Assembly: GCA_965221165.1 (NCBI GenBank)
Contig: CBDCRP010000003.1
Span: 2,048,001 to 2,112,000 of the forward strand
Direction of reading: 5' to 3'
Source of the DNA: a bacterium
GTDB taxonomy: Bacteria > UBA8248
Length of the DNA: 64,000 bases
Part shown: in pieces, positions 34,554 through 46,061 of the stretch
Layout of the letters: the number at the start of each line of letters is the position of its first letter
How positions within the stretch are numbered: position 1 is the first letter of the stretch
Notes under the pieces: generated by a model
Seen by the model: the letters and a program-made list of their open reading frames with translations, nothing else
Told to the model about the DNA's origin: nothing
The model's database searches: none
Translations under genes and position numbers: made by a program

Positions 34554-35770
34554 GCTTGAAGTTCCCCATTTACATGGATTACCAGGCGACGACGCCCATG
34601 GACCCCCGGGTCCTCGATGCGATGAATCCCTACTTCGGCGATAAGTTCGGCAACGCCGCGAGCCGCAACCACAGCTTCGGCTGGGAGGCGGAGAAGGCCG
34701 TGGACGACGCGCGGGAGCAACTCGCCGCCGTCATCGGCGCGGACCCGCGCGAGATCATCTTCACGAGCGGCGCCACGGAGTCGGACAACATGGCGCTCAA
34801 GGGCGTCGCCGAGATGTACAAGAAAAAAGGCAACCACGTCATCACCTCGGCGATCGAGCACAAGGCCATCATCGATTCCGCCAAGCGGCTCGAGACGTGG
34901 GGCTTCGACGTCACCTACATCGAGCCTCCCGAGAACGGCATCACGACGACGGAGATGGTCGAGAACGCCATGCGCGAGGACACCATTCTGGTCTCCATCA
35001 TGGCGGCGAACAACGAGGTCGGCGTGCTGAACCCCATCGCCGAGATCGGGGCGCTGTGCCGCGGGCGGGGCGTTCTTTTCCACACGGACGCCACGCAGGG
35101 CTACGGCAAGATTCCCATCGACGTGGACGAGATGAACATCGACCTGCTCTCGGCCACGGCCCACAAAATCTACGGGCCCAAGGGCGTGGGAATGATTTAC
35201 GTGCGCAGGCGCAGGCCGCGCGTTCGCCTTTCGGCCATCATCGACGGCGGCGGCCATGAGCGGGGAATGCGCTCGGGCACGCTGAACGTCTCGGGCATCG
35301 TCGGTTTCGGCAAGGCGGCCGAGTTGTGCATGGAGGAGATGGAAGAAGAGAACATCCGCTTGACGAACCTGCGGGACAAGTTCAAGTCCATCATGTTCGA
35401 GAGCCTGGAGGAGGTGTACGTGAACGGCCATGAAACAGAGCGCCTCTCGGGCAACCTCAACCTGAGCTTCCCCTACGTGGAGGGAGAATCGCTCATCATG
35501 GGGCTGAGCGACGTGGCCGTATCCTCCGGCTCCGCCTGCACTTCGGCAAGCCTGGAGCCGAGCTACGTGCTCAAGGCCATGGGCCGGGGCGATGAGTTGG
35601 CGCATTCGTCGATTCGCTTCGGGTTCGGGCGTTTTTCCACCGAAGAGGAGATGGAATACGTGGCCGAGAAGACGACGGACATCGTGATCCGGCTTCGCGA
35701 GATGAGCCCGCTCTATGAGATGGTGAAAGAGGGCGTCGATCTCTCCAAGGTGGAATGGCAGTCGCATTAA
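34550..35770 (+). CDS. iscS: Cysteine desulfurase IscS
   Basis: [31 protein letters not shown]. Confidence 0.96.
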   Translation: MSLKFPIYMDYQATTPMDPRVLDAMNPYFGDKFGNAASRNHSFGWEAEKAVDDAREQLAAVIGADPREIIFTSGATESDNMALKGVAEMYKKKGNHVITSAIEHKAIIDSAKRLETWGFDVTYIEPPENGITTTEMVENAMREDTILVSIMAANNEVGVLNPIAEIGALCRGRGVLFHTDATQGYGKIPIDVDEMNIDLLSATAHKIYGPKGVGMIYVRRRRPRVRLSAIIDGGGHERGMRSGTLNVSGIVGFGKAAELCMEEMEEENIRLTNLRDKFKSIMFESLEEVYVNGHETERLSGNLNLSFPYVEGESLIMGLSDVAVSSGSACTSASLEPSYVLKAMGRGDELAHSSIRFGFGRFSTEEEMEYVAEKTTDIVIRLREMSPLYEMVKEGVDLSKVEWQSH

Positions 35771-35854
35771 ATGAGTGCTTTGAGCATATTATGATATAGG
35801 GGCTGCGGCTCACGGAAACCTGGAATCGCAGCGACCGGGAAAAGGAGAACAAAA

Positions 35855-36265
35855 ATGGCTTACAGCGAAAAGGTGGTCGATCACTACAACAACCCCCGCA
35901 ACGTCGGCTCGCTCGACAAGAGCGATCAGACGGTGGGCACGGGCATCGTCGGCGCGCCCGAGTGCGGCGACGTGATGAAGCTGCAGATCAAGGTGGACGA
36001 AGGAGGCCTCATCGAGGACGCGAAGTTCAAGACGTTCGGCTGCGGAAGCGCCATCGCCTCGAGTTCTCTGGCCACCGAGTGGCTCAAGGGCAAGACGGTG
36101 GACGAGGCCGAGGAAATCAAGAACACGCAGATCGTCGAGGAGCTCAACCTCCCGCCCGTGAAGATTCACTGTTCCGTGCTGGCGGAAGACGCCATCAAAA
36201 CCGCGCTGAACGATTTTCGCGAGAAGAACGGGGTGCCGGTCGTCGAGCGCAAGGGCCACCACTAG
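35855..36265 (+). CDS. iscU: Fe-S scaffold IscU
   Basis: GAPECGD, FGCGSAIA, LPPVKIHC. Confidence 0.97.
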   Translation: MAYSEKVVDHYNNPRNVGSLDKSDQTVGTGIVGAPECGDVMKLQIKVDEGGLIEDAKFKTFGCGSAIASSSLATEWLKGKTVDEAEEIKNTQIVEELNLPPVKIHCSVLAEDAIKTALNDFREKNGVPVVERKGHH

Positions 36266-36296
36266 GAGCGGGCGACTCGCCGGCAGGGAGTAGGAA

Positions 36297-36653
36297 ATGG
36301 AAACCGCTGCGAAAAAACTGAGCCTCGAAGTGACCGACAAGGCGGTGGACAACATGCGCCGCTTCATGGAGAAAGAGGGCAAGCAAGGCCATGTCCTCCG
36401 CGTCGGCGTGAAGGGCGGGGGCTGCTCCGGTCTTTCTTACGTCCTTCAGTTCGAGGGCGAGGAGCGCATCAACCCGCTGATGGACGAGGTGTTCGAAAAA
36501 AACGGCATCCGGGTGGTCGTGGACAAGAAAAGCCTTTTTTTCCTGGCAGGCACCACGCTGGAGTATGAAGACGGGCTGACGGGCAAGGGTTTTACGTTCA
36601 AAAACCCCAACGCACGTCAGTCCTGTGGTTGCGGGGAAAGCTTTTCCGCGTAA
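36297..36653 (+). CDS. iscA: Fe-S assembly A-type carrier IscA
   Basis: GGGCSGLSY, NPNA..SCGCGESF. Confidence 0.93.
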   Translation: METAAKKLSLEVTDKAVDNMRRFMEKEGKQGHVLRVGVKGGGCSGLSYVLQFEGEERINPLMDEVFEKNGIRVVVDKKSLFFLAGTTLEYEDGLTGKGFTFKNPNARQSCGCGESFSA

Positions 36654-36758
36654 CGCAACCGGGATGAAACGCGCCGCGCCCATGCACCGTGGGATAGCGA
36701 CGCGTTTTTCTTTTGAGTTCATGGCGCCCGGCGGTTCATGCGGGCCTGGAATCGCGCG

Positions 36759-37400
36759 ATGAGCGAAGCGACGAAAGAAGAAGTCTTTTCCATTTTCGAT
36801 GAAGAGGGCGGAATAGCGCCCATCCCCGCCCAGGTCGATCATTTCGCCTTGTTGGGGTTTCAGCGGAAATTCAGGGTCGACGCCGAAGCGCTGGAAGCCA
36901 GGTTCTACGAACTGAACCGGAAACTCCACCCCGATTTTTTCATGGATGCGCCCGTCGCGGTCCGAATCCGGAGCCTGGATGCGACCGCCCGCATCAACGA
37001 GGCCTATCAGACGCTCAAGGATCCGATAGCGCGCGTGGTGTATCTGGTGGAACTCGAAACCGGAAAGCTCGAGGAGAACGAGAGGACGCCCCCGCCCGAG
37101 TTGTTCGAGGAGATATTCGAAGCCCAGGAGGCGGCGGCGGAGTTTCAGTGCTGTGCGGACCAGGAGGAAGCCGAGAGTTTGCGGGAGCGTCTCCATGCGG
37201 CCATGGGGTGTTTTTCGGTGCTTCGCCACGGCCAGCGCACGGCGCTCGACAGGCTGGGCGCCGCCTGGGACGGAGCGATGGACAAAAACGAACCCGCCCC
37301 GCCCGAGGTCGTGAAGAAGATGCGCTCCATTCTCGGGCAGAGAAACTACATCGAGAACACCCTCACGAGCCTCAAGCGCGCCTTGGAGGAGAGTGAATGA
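36759..37400 (+). CDS. hscB: Fe-S co-chaperone HscB
   Basis: J-domain HPD, INEAYQTLKDP..R..YL; operon context. Confidence 0.9.
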   Translation: MSEATKEEVFSIFDEEGGIAPIPAQVDHFALLGFQRKFRVDAEALEARFYELNRKLHPDFFMDAPVAVRIRSLDATARINEAYQTLKDPIARVVYLVELETGKLEENERTPPPELFEEIFEAQEAAAEFQCCADQEEAESLRERLHAAMGCFSVLRHGQRTALDRLGAAWDGAMDKNEPAPPEVVKKMRSILGQRNYIENTLTSLKRALEESE

Positions 37401-39232
37401 GCCAAATCGTCGGGATCGACCTGGGCACCACGAACAGCCTGGTCGCCTCCGTTTCGGAAGGTGAGCCGACGATCCTCGCGCCCGAGGACGAGCGTGGCAT
37501 CGTGCCCTCCGTGGTGAGCTTTCGCGCCGATCGTGTTCTCGTTGGCGAGGAGGCGCAGGATGAGCGCGTCTCCAACAGCCGAAACACCATCTTTTCCATC
37601 AAGCGATTCATGGGCAGAGGCTATGAGGACGTGAAAGACGAGATGCGCCGCCTGCCCTTCGATGCGGACCCCGGGGAGAAGGAAGTCGTTCACGTGCTGG
37701 CCCGGGGGCGATCCTACAGCGCACCCGAAGTAAGCGCCCTGGTGCTCAGGCGCCTGAAGGCGAGGGCCGAGAAGGCGCTGGGGCGGCCCGTGCTCAGGGC
37801 GGTGGTCACGGTTCCTGCGTATTTCAACGACGCGCAGCGCCAGGCCACGAAAGACGCGGGCAAGCTCGCGGGCCTGGAAGTGCTCCGCATCATCAACGAA
37901 CCCACGGCGGCTTCCCTGGCCTATGGCCTTCATGAGCGAAACCGAGGCGTCATCGCGGTGTACGACTTGGGGGGAGGCACGTTCGACATCTCGCTCCTTA
38001 GAATCAAGGACGGCGTGTTCGAGGTGCTCTCCACCGGGGGGGACACCCATCTGGGCGGAGATGATTTCGATCAGGCGATTTCCCTCAACATACAGCAGGA
38101 AATCCTTGGGGCGCATGGCGTTGATTTGGGCGAAACGCCCGAGGCTCTGGCCGAACTCACGGTTTTGGCCGAACGGGTCAAGAAAACGCTGTCAGAGCGC
38201 GATTCGGCGGAATATGGGCTGGAAAATCCGGGCGGCATCCCGCTCGCCCACAAGAGCAGCCTCACGCGTGAGGAGATGGAGGCGCTTCTCGCGCCGATCG
38301 CCGAGCGGACGCTGGCGCCTTGTAGGCGCGCGCTCGCAGACGCGGGCCTCACGCCCGATGAGGTGCATGAGATCGTTCTGGTGGGCGGGTCCACCCGCAT
38401 GCCCCTCATCCGCCGCATGGTGGAGGATTTGTTCCAAAAACGCCCGCATGTGGACCTGGACCCCGACGAGGTGGTGGCCCTGGGCGCCGCGGTGCAGGCG
38501 GACATCCTCGCGGGCGGCAGAAAGGACATGCTGCTCCTGGACGTGACGCCGCTTTCTCTGGGCATCGAGACCATGGGCGGCGTCATGGGCTGGATAATTC
38601 CCCGCAACACCACCATCCCCACGAGCGCCAAGGAAACGTACACCACCTTCAAGGACAACCAGACGGGGGTGGACGTTCACGTGCTCCAGGGAGAGCGCGA
38701 ACTGGTGAAGGACAACCGCTCGCTCGCGCGTTTTCGCCTGGCGGTCGACCCCGCGCCGGCCGGTCTCGCCCGTGTGGAGGTGACGTTTCTGCTCGACGCC
38801 AACGGCATTCTAAACGTGACGGCCCGGGATCTCAGGAGCGGCAAGGCGTCCTCGGTGGAAGTCCAGCCCTCCTACGGGCTGACGGACGAGCAGGTCGAGC
38901 GCATGCTGATCGAATCTTTCGAACACGCGGAACAGGATATCCGCTCCCGCCAGGTTCTGGACGCGAGAACCGAGGCGGAAACCATTCTCATGGCGACGGC
39001 CCGCGCGATGAACGACTACGCGGAGGATGCGGTCTCTCCCTCGGAGCGCGCCAAGATTCATGAAGCGGTGAGCGCACTCGAGGAGTCCTGCCGGGGGGAA
39101 GACCCGGGACGGATTCGGGATATGGTCGACGCGCTGAATGAAGTCACGATGCCGCTCGCGGAGCGGATGATGGATAACGTTTTGAAATCGGCCTTGGAAA
39201 ACAAGAGGGTGAGCGAAGCCCTCAAAGACTAA
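37397..39232 (+). CDS. hscA: Fe-S chaperone HscA (Hsp70)
   Basis: [28 protein letters not shown]; isc context. Confidence 0.92.
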   Translation: MSQIVGIDLGTTNSLVASVSEGEPTILAPEDERGIVPSVVSFRADRVLVGEEAQDERVSNSRNTIFSIKRFMGRGYEDVKDEMRRLPFDADPGEKEVVHVLARGRSYSAPEVSALVLRRLKARAEKALGRPVLRAVVTVPAYFNDAQRQATKDAGKLAGLEVLRIINEPTAASLAYGLHERNRGVIAVYDLGGGTFDISLLRIKDGVFEVLSTGGDTHLGGDDFDQAISLNIQQEILGAHGVDLGETPEALAELTVLAERVKKTLSERDSAEYGLENPGGIPLAHKSSLTREEMEALLAPIAERTLAPCRRALADAGLTPDEVHEIVLVGGSTRMPLIRRMVEDLFQKRPHVDLDPDEVVALGAAVQADILAGGRKDMLLLDVTPLSLGIETMGGVMGWIIPRNTTIPTSAKETYTTFKDNQTGVDVHVLQGERELVKDNRSLARFRLAVDPAPAGLARVEVTFLLDANGILNVTARDLRSGKASSVEVQPSYGLTDEQVERMLIESFEHAEQDIRSRQVLDARTEAETILMATARAMNDYAEDAVSPSERAKIHEAVSALEESCRGEDPGRIRDMVDALNEVTMPLAERMMDNVLKSALENKRVSEALKD

Positions 39233-39271
39233 AAGCCGCAAGCAGTTTGCGCGGGGCGCAGGGGAAGAAAA

Positions 39272-39628
39272 ATGGCGAAACTTTATTTTACGGAAGAGAA
39301 GCAGACGATTGACATTCATGTGGGCGAGAACATTCTCGAAACGGCCCTCGAAAACGGCGTCGACCTGGATCATGCCTGCGGCGGCGTGTGCGCTTGCTCG
39401 ACGTGTCACGTGAAAATCAGGAACGGCGCGGATCTCTTCAACGAATCCACCGAAGATGAGGAAGATCAGCTCGACGACGCGCGCGACGTGAACCTCGACA
39501 GCCGGCTGGCCTGCCAGGCGACGCTGGAGAGAGAAACCGACGAGGTCATCGAAGTGGAGGTGCCGTTCTGGAACGTGAACCTGGTGCAGGAGGGTCCGGA
39601 TGCCGCCAGGGAGCAAAGCGCTCATTAG
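39272..39628 (+). CDS. fdx: ISC [2Fe-2S] ferredoxin
   Basis: HACGGVCACSTCH ... SRLACQ. Confidence 0.93.
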   Translation: MAKLYFTEEKQTIDIHVGENILETALENGVDLDHACGGVCACSTCHVKIRNGADLFNESTEDEEDQLDDARDVNLDSRLACQATLERETDEVIEVEVPFWNVNLVQEGPDAAREQSAH

Positions 39629-39653
39629 GAATTTCGAGCCGGGAGAGGAAGCG

Positions 39654-39872
39654 GTGGAAACATTTGGCTGGGAGGACGCCGAGGACATCGGCATCGTGTT
39701 GTACGAAAAATTTCCGAAGATCGACCCGCTCACCGTTCGTTTCACCGATCTGCACGACTGGGTGTGCGAACTGGAGGAGTTCGAGGACGACCCGATGACC
39801 TCGACGGAGGGCAAGCTCGAGGCCATCCAGATGGCGTGGCTCGAGGAATACAAGGATGCGCAGGAGGCTTGA
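39654..39872 (+). CDS. iscX: Fe-S assembly protein IscX
   Basis: W.D.EDI, DPLTVRFTDLH.WV, LEAIQMAWLEE; GTG start after GGAGAGG. Confidence 0.93.
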   Translation: METFGWEDAEDIGIVLYEKFPKIDPLTVRFTDLHDWVCELEEFEDDPMTSTEGKLEAIQMAWLEEYKDAQEA

Positions 39873-40060
39873 GCTTTTCCCTCCTTTATGAAAAAGAGGG
39901 CGCGTGTCGCGACCGATTCAGGCTTACACTCCGGGCAGTATTCCAAAGATGCTCGAAGATTATGATTCAGAAAACTTTTGGTTCTTGAATGAAGACGGCG
40001 CACCGGAAGGCCGTGGCCTCCCGGGCGATGCGTTCTTGTCCATATTTCGAGGCGATTGAT

Positions 40061-40870
40061 GTGAGCGAACAAAGGCGAGCGGACGGAAAAATACGGCTCT
40101 CCCGAAAGGGCGCGGTGGCGACGATTACGTTTCACGCGCCCGAGAGGTTGAACGCCATCGAATACGAGATGTGGGTGGAAATCGGAAGCCTCATGCCCGA
40201 ACTCGACGCGGATGATTCTGTGCGCGTCGTCGTTTTCAGGGGCGCGGGCGAGCGCGCTTTTTCGGCCGGGGCGGACATCTCGCGCTTCAAGGAGGAGCGC
40301 TACAGCTCGGAGCAGGCGAAGCATTTCTCGGAAACCGGGTTCTTGCGCGGCCTCGATGCGGTGGATGCGTTCTCAAAGCCCGTCTTGTGCCTCATCCGGG
40401 GCGCTTGTGTGGGAGGGGGCGTGGAACTCGCCGCCGCCACGGATTTGCGTGTCGCGGGCGAGAGCTCGCGCTTCGGGGTGCCGGTGGCCAAGCTCGGCCT
40501 GGTGGCGGGCTATTCCGAACTCAGGCGGTTCGTGCAGTCCATCGGCCCTGCGCGCACGCTGGACATGCTGCTCACGGCCAAACTCTTCACGGCGCAGGAA
40601 ATGCTGGACGCGGGCTTTTTGGCGCGCGTCGTGCCGGATGAGGAAGTGGAGAAGACAACCTATGAGATGGCGGAGCGCATCGTCTCCCTGGCGCCCCTCG
40701 TTCACAAGTGGCACAAGGGCTTCGTGAAGAAGGTATTACTGGACCCGGGCCTTTCTTCTCTTACGGAGGAGGAGAAAATGCGCGAGGTCGCCTGTTTCGA
40801 CACCGAAGATTTCAGAGAGGGCGTGGAGGCATTTCTGAACAAGCGCAACCCTGAGTTTCGAGGGAAATAA
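40061..40870 (+). CDS. Enoyl-CoA hydratase/isomerase family
   Basis: RAFSAGADIS, GACVGGGVELA, EDFREGVEAF. Confidence 0.9.
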   Translation: MSEQRRADGKIRLSRKGAVATITFHAPERLNAIEYEMWVEIGSLMPELDADDSVRVVVFRGAGERAFSAGADISRFKEERYSSEQAKHFSETGFLRGLDAVDAFSKPVLCLIRGACVGGGVELAAATDLRVAGESSRFGVPVAKLGLVAGYSELRRFVQSIGPARTLDMLLTAKLFTAQEMLDAGFLARVVPDEEVEKTTYEMAERIVSLAPLVHKWHKGFVKKVLLDPGLSSLTEEEKMREVACFDTEDFREGVEAFLNKRNPEFRGK

Positions 40871-40875
40871 AACCG

Positions 40876-42078
40876 ATGAACCGAAAAACAGGCGGCCCCC
40901 TCGAGGGCGTCCGGGTGCTGGAGGTCTGCCAGGTCATGGCCGGGCCGTTCTGCGGAAGCCTGCTGGCGGATATGGGCGCGGACGTCATCAAGGTGGAAAA
41001 CCCCGACGGCGGCGACAGCGCGCGCCATCTGGGGCGGTACTTCGACGGCGGCGAGGCGCACGGCTTCATGAACCTGAATCGCAACAAGCGCAGCGTGGTG
41101 GTGAACATAAAGGCGCCAGAAGGCGTCGCGCTCATGAAGGAGTTCGCGAAACAAGTCGACGTTTTCGTGGAGAACATACGGCCCGGAATCATGGCCAGGC
41201 TGGGTCTGGGATATGAGGATCTGAAAAAGATAAACCCAGGCCTCGTCTACGCCTCCATTTCCGGCTATGGCGACTCAGGCCCTTTCGCCGGCAAGGGCGG
41301 CTTCGATTTGGTCTCACAGGGCCTCTCCAGCCTCATGAGTTTCACGGGCGAACCCGGCGGCGCGCCCGCGAAGATACCCGTGCCGATATGCGATTTGAAT
41401 GCGGGGATGTATACGGCGTTATCGATTCTCTCCGCCTATATCCACAAGCAGCGCACAGGCGAAGGCCAGCGCATCGACGTGGCGCTGACGGACTCCGGCC
41501 TCGGCTACACCTTCTGGCAGGCGTCGCAGTTTTTCCCCTCCGGCGAACCGCCCGAACCCTTAGGCTCAGCTCACGAGATGACGGCTCCCTACCAGGCCTT
41601 TCAGTGCAAGGACGGCTATCTGGCATTGGGAGCCGCCAACCAGAGGAACTGGGAGTTGTTCTGCGGTGCGATCGAGCGAGGAGACCTCTTAAGCCGTGAG
41701 GAATACGCCACCGACGGCCTAAGGCGCGAGAACTATCTGAAGCTTGCGGGTGAGCTGGAAGAAGTATTCGCCCAGAAAACGCGAGACGAATGGGTGGCGC
41801 TTTTGGATTCGGGCGGAATCCCCTGCGGGCCCATTCTGAACATGGCGGAAACTTTCGCGCATCCCCAAATCCAGGCGCGGGAGATGAGCGTGGAGATTGA
41901 GCATCCCGCAGCGGGCCGGATGCGGGTTCTGGGCTTCCCGCCCAAGTTGTCTGCGACGCCGGCCGGCGTGCGGTCGCCTGCGCCCTTGCTCGGGCAGCAC
42001 ACCGACGAGGTGCTCCGTGAGTTCGGAACGAGTGAGGATGAAATAAAAAGCCTGCGGGACTCTGGAGCCGTGGCCTGA
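40876..42078 (+). CDS. CaiB/BaiF family III CoA-transferase
   Basis: AGPFC..LADMGADVIKVE, NRNKRS, APLLGQHT. Confidence 0.92.
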   Translation: MNRKTGGPLEGVRVLEVCQVMAGPFCGSLLADMGADVIKVENPDGGDSARHLGRYFDGGEAHGFMNLNRNKRSVVVNIKAPEGVALMKEFAKQVDVFVENIRPGIMARLGLGYEDLKKINPGLVYASISGYGDSGPFAGKGGFDLVSQGLSSLMSFTGEPGGAPAKIPVPICDLNAGMYTALSILSAYIHKQRTGEGQRIDVALTDSGLGYTFWQASQFFPSGEPPEPLGSAHEMTAPYQAFQCKDGYLALGAANQRNWELFCGAIERGDLLSREEYATDGLRRENYLKLAGELEEVFAQKTRDEWVALLDSGGIPCGPILNMAETFAHPQIQAREMSVEIEHPAAGRMRVLGFPPKLSATPAGVRSPAPLLGQHTDEVLREFGTSEDEIKSLRDSGAVA

Positions 42079-42082
42079 GCGA

Positions 42083-42796
42083 ATGGCCAAACCGCCGCCA
42101 CCCCTCTCCCCCGGCGTCTATCTCGTCGCCACCCCGATTGGAAACCTCGAAGACGTCACCGAGCGCGCGCGCAGGGTGCTCGGCGAGTGCGACCTCATCG
42201 CGTGCGAGGACACCCGCCATACGGGCAGGCTGCTCTCACGCCTCGGGATAAAAAAACCGCTCGTAAGCTATCATGAACACAACGAGACGAAGCGGGCCGG
42301 CGAACTGGCCGAGCGCGCGCTTAAGGGCGAGCGGGTGGCCGTGGTGTCGGATGCGGGTACGCCTGGGGTCTCCGATCCCGCCTACCGGGTGGTGCGCGCC
42401 GCCATAGAGGCGGGTGTCGCCGTCGTTCCCGTGCCCGGCCCGTCTTCGGTTCTGGCCGCTTTGGTCGCCTCGGGCCTTCCCACCGACAGATTCGTTTTCG
42501 AGGGCTTTCTCCCGCCCAAGGGACAAAAAAGACTTAAAAAAATTAAAACGCTGCTTGATGAGGAGCGCACGGTCGTCCTGTTCGAATCGCCGCACCGAAT
42601 CGCGCGGCTCATCAGTGAAATCGCCGACTTGGCGCCCGCGCGGCCACTCGCCCTTGCGCGCGAGATCACGAAACTGCACGAGGAAATTTCAAGAGATACG
42701 GCGCGCGAGTTACACGAGAAACTCAAAGACAAAAAAATCAGGGGCGAGTGCGTTTTGCTCATCGGTCCCAAGCGGATGAAGGAGACGGAGGATTAA
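42083..42796 (+). CDS. rsmI: 16S rRNA (cytidine1402-2'-O)-methyltransferase RsmI
   Basis: VATPIGNLED, CEDTR, SDAGTPGVSDP, FESPHR. Confidence 0.95.
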   Translation: MAKPPPPLSPGVYLVATPIGNLEDVTERARRVLGECDLIACEDTRHTGRLLSRLGIKKPLVSYHEHNETKRAGELAERALKGERVAVVSDAGTPGVSDPAYRVVRAAIEAGVAVVPVPGPSSVLAALVASGLPTDRFVFEGFLPPKGQKRLKKIKTLLDEERTVVLFESPHRIARLISEIADLAPARPLALAREITKLHEEISRDTARELHEKLKDKKIRGECVLLIGPKRMKETED

Positions 42797-42869
42797 AGCG
42801 GGCGAGGCGGTGCCGGGTGGTTTGTTGTATGATCGGCGTTTTCCCGCCACGCCTTCAGGAGATCATCTC

Positions 42870-43739
42870 ATGACGCGCCCAACCATCACCGGAATCGCAG
42901 CGCTCGCCCTCGCGGCATTTCTCGTTTTCGCCGCCGGCGCATCCGCCGCGCCCAAGAGCGATTCGTCTTCGTCCGAGAAGGCCGTCGTCGCATCCATTGG
43001 AGAGGAGCCGATAACGCTGGAATCATTTTACGCCTTCATCAAGCAGTTGCCGGAAAACATGCAGATGCAGGCGCGGGCGGGAAAAGAAATGTTCCTGGAA
43101 GCATTGATCCAGCGCAGGCTCATACTTCGCTATGCGATCGACAATGATTTTCTCGCCGACGCGCGGGTGAAAATGGAGATGGAGCGCGCGCGGCGCGAGA
43201 TTCTCATCGGCGAGGCCGTTCGCAGGGTCAAGGAGGGCGCAAAGCCCAAGGCGTCCGAGGTTCGCGCGGAGTATGAGGAGAACAAATCGAAATTCACCGA
43301 GGGCGATAAAGTCACCGCGTCCCACATTATGGTGGCGTCTGAAAAAGAGGCGAAGGATTTGCTTGCCAAACTCGTGAAGGGAGAGGATTTCGCCGAACTG
43401 GCCAAAAAGTATTCCCTTGCGCCCGAGCGTCCGCGCGGCGGGAGCCTGGGCGCGATGAGCCGGGGCTACAGCCGGAGGACGGGCCTGCCCGAGATAATCG
43501 AGCAAACGGCGTTTTCGCTCAAAGCGGGCGCGCACAGCGGGGTGGTGAAGAGCATTTACGGCTGGCACGTCGTGAAAACGTCTAAAATGGAAAAAGGCAG
43601 ACAACTCGGTTTCGATGACGTGAAGGAGAAAATCACCGAGGAGATGGGCGCGCGCAACAGAAGAGAGGCGATGCGAAAAATACTCTTAGATCTCTCCGCG
43701 CGATACGAGGTGAAAAGGTACCTGGAAAACCTGAAATAG
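42870..43739 (+). CDS. Exported parvulin-type peptidyl-prolyl isomerase (PrsA-like)
   Basis: Signal peptide; ASHIMV, FAELAKKYS, GGSLG, YGWHVV. Confidence 0.88.
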   Translation: MTRPTITGIAALALAAFLVFAAGASAAPKSDSSSSEKAVVASIGEEPITLESFYAFIKQLPENMQMQARAGKEMFLEALIQRRLILRYAIDNDFLADARVKMEMERARREILIGEAVRRVKEGAKPKASEVRAEYEENKSKFTEGDKVTASHIMVASEKEAKDLLAKLVKGEDFAELAKKYSLAPERPRGGSLGAMSRGYSRRTGLPEIIEQTAFSLKAGAHSGVVKSIYGWHVVKTSKMEKGRQLGFDDVKEKITEEMGARNRREAMRKILLDLSARYEVKRYLENLK

Positions 43740-43751
43740 TGCGCCTGCCCG

Positions 43752-45056
43752 TTACGGCGTGAGGCCGTGTCTGGTCATGTATCCGTGCAGCCAGAGCGCC
43801 AGGGCTATCGAGAGGAACATGAAGCCGATGATGGTGGTGAACGGGATGAAGTAGCTTTTCGTGTAGTCGTACATGAAGCCAGCGAACGCAGGGCCGACGA
43901 CGCCTCCCAGTCCGTAGCAGATCTCCATGAAGCCGATGATGACGCCGTAGGTGCGCCCCCCGAAACAATCCCCCGCCAGAGCGGAATAACACGCGCTCAT
44001 GGCGCCGATGCCGACGCCGTACACCAGCGCGAAGGTGTAGCCCGGCAGGATGCCCCCGCCGAAGTAGGGGATGAGGATCAGGAGCGTCAGGCCCGCCGCC
44101 GCCACTACTCCGGAGAGCGCCACCCCGCGCCCTCGCCCGATGATGTCCCCCACCCATCCGCCGGCGATGCTGCCCAGCGTCCTGATGAAGCCGACGATGC
44201 CGAGGATGATCGCCGCAAGGGCGGTGCCGTATCCCACGTCGACGAGATAAAGCTGCAGCTGGCTCATGATGGTGTTGTTGTTGAGCCCGATGGCGAAGGT
44301 TATCAGGATGAGGCACCAAAAGCGCACGTCGTGCCTCACGACAGAGAAGACCTCCCGCACGCCCTTGCCCTCGCCTCCGTGGCCGACGCCCGATTGCGCC
44401 ATCTCCTCGGGCGTGCGCGGCGGGCCGCCGTCCGGCCCCTGGCCCACGTCCTCGGGTATGTCGCGCAGGAGCAGAAAGGCCGAGGGCGCGACGACGCATA
44501 AAACCACCAGGCCGTAGATCATGTACGTGTAGCGCCAGCCCACCGAGGCGATGAGCCGCTCGATCAAGGGCGCGAGGATGAGGATGCCGATTCCGATGCC
44601 CGAGAGCGCGATACCCGTGGCGCGGCCACGTTTTCTGATGAACCAGCGCGGCATGATGGCGCTGTGCGTGGAGAAACCGCTCAGCGCGAGGCCGAAGCCG
44701 GCGAAAAGGCCGAACAGGACGTAGAGATGCCAGAGCGAGGACACGAAAAAGCACGCGATGAACGTCAGACCCAGTATCACCGACCCCCAGGGCATCAGGG
44801 CGCGCGGGCCTTTTTTCTCAAGAAGCGAGCCGGCAAACGGCGCGCCGAAGGCGTACGTGGCCATGGAAAGAGAGAACGCCCCGCTCAGAAGGCCCCGGCT
44901 CCAGCCGAATTCCTCGAGCAGGGGAACCTGGAAGATGCCGAAGGAAAACCGCGTGACGACGTGAAACGCCAGCGTGCCGAAAGACAGCCAGACGATGAGC
45001 CAGCCGTAGTAGAATTTCGGCTTGCTTGTGGGGCTGCTTTCTGAAAACCTGGGCAT
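43752..45056 (-). CDS. MFS transporter
   Basis: About 12 TM; YYGW, RWF..KRGRATG. Confidence 0.9.
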   Translation of the reverse strand: MPRFSESSPTSKPKFYYGWLIVWLSFGTLAFHVVTRFSFGIFQVPLLEEFGWSRGLLSGAFSLSMATYAFGAPFAGSLLEKKGPRALMPWGSVILGLTFIACFFVSSLWHLYVLFGLFAGFGLALSGFSTHSAIMPRWFIRKRGRATGIALSGIGIGILILAPLIERLIASVGWRYTYMIYGLVVLCVVAPSAFLLLRDIPEDVGQGPDGGPPRTPEEMAQSGVGHGGEGKGVREVFSVVRHDVRFWCLILITFAIGLNNNTIMSQLQLYLVDVGYGTALAAIILGIVGFIRTLGSIAGGWVGDIIGRGRGVALSGVVAAAGLTLLILIPYFGGGILPGYTFALVYGVGIGAMSACYSALAGDCFGGRTYGVIIGFMEICYGLGGVVGPAFAGFMYDYTKSYFIPFTTIIGFMFLSIALALWLHGYMTRHGLTP

Positions 45057-45150
45057 TCGCTTCCTTAGTTCTGATGAATCATGGGCAAGAGCAAATCACG
45101 GAAAACGGGGAGAGTATACACACCGCCCGCGCTTCGGGCGAAGCGATATC

Positions 45151-46053
45151 TCAAACCTCCCAAAAGCAAAGCGCCGTCTGAAAGTGGACCTCCACCGTGT
45201 CCGCAGGGTTCAGGGCGTACCCGCCTCCGAGAGTGCCTGCAACGGGAATCCCGCGCGCGCGGCACTCTCCGAGAATATACGCATCGCGCCTTTTCAGGCC
45301 CTCTTCCGAGAGTTTGAGCGTTCCGAGCTGGTCTCCTGAATAAGGGTCCGCCCCCGCCTGGTACACCACCAGATCGGGCTTGTGCTCATCGAGTATCTTC
45401 GGGATGTGTTTTTCCAGATGAGGGAGGTATTCATCCTCGGTGGCGAGATCATACAAGCCGACATCGATGTCGCTCCTTTTCTTTTGGGGGTAGATGTTCT
45501 CCTGGTGGATGGAAAACGTGAACACGGTCTCGTCGCGCCGGAAGATGACGGCGGTGCCGTTTCCCTGGTGTAGGTCGCAGTCGATGACCGCAGCTTTTTT
45601 GATTGCGCCCTCTTTTTGGAGAACGCGGACTGCGACCGCCAAATCGTTCACGTAGCAAAACCCCTCTGCCTGATCGGCGAAGGCATGGTGGAAGCCTCCC
45701 GTGAGGTTCAGTGCGCGGCCCCTTTTGAGCGCCTCGCGCGCGGCGAGAACCGTGCCGCCGGTCGCCAGAAAGCCCGCGTCTACGATCTCCTTGCTGATGG
45801 GAAGCTCGCTCGGTATCGTGCGCGCGGTGTGACGGCCCGAGCGCAAGTCCGCCAGATATTCGGCCGTGTGGACGAGGCCGAGTTCTTCTTCCTCCGCCAT
45901 GCGGGGCTCGAGAAAAGCACTCTCGGGCAATCCGGCTTCGCGCAGTCTGGCGTGGGTCTTCTGGTATTTTTCGGCTTGCAGCACATGCTGGCCGATGTCG
46001 GCGTAGTAGTTCTTGTGAAACACGAAAACGCAGTGCTCGGGAGGTTCTCTCAT
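45151..46053 (-). CDS. Histone deacetylase family amidohydrolase
   Basis: GGFHHA, GFC, DCDLHQGNG, AGADP, GGGY. Confidence 0.93.
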   Translation of the reverse strand: MREPPEHCVFVFHKNYYADIGQHVLQAEKYQKTHARLREAGLPESAFLEPRMAEEEELGLVHTAEYLADLRSGRHTARTIPSELPISKEIVDAGFLATGGTVLAAREALKRGRALNLTGGFHHAFADQAEGFCYVNDLAVAVRVLQKEGAIKKAAVIDCDLHQGNGTAVIFRRDETVFTFSIHQENIYPQKKRSDIDVGLYDLATEDEYLPHLEKHIPKILDEHKPDLVVYQAGADPYSGDQLGTLKLSEEGLKRRDAYILGECRARGIPVAGTLGGGYALNPADTVEVHFQTALCFWEV

Positions 46054-46061
46054 CGCGGAGG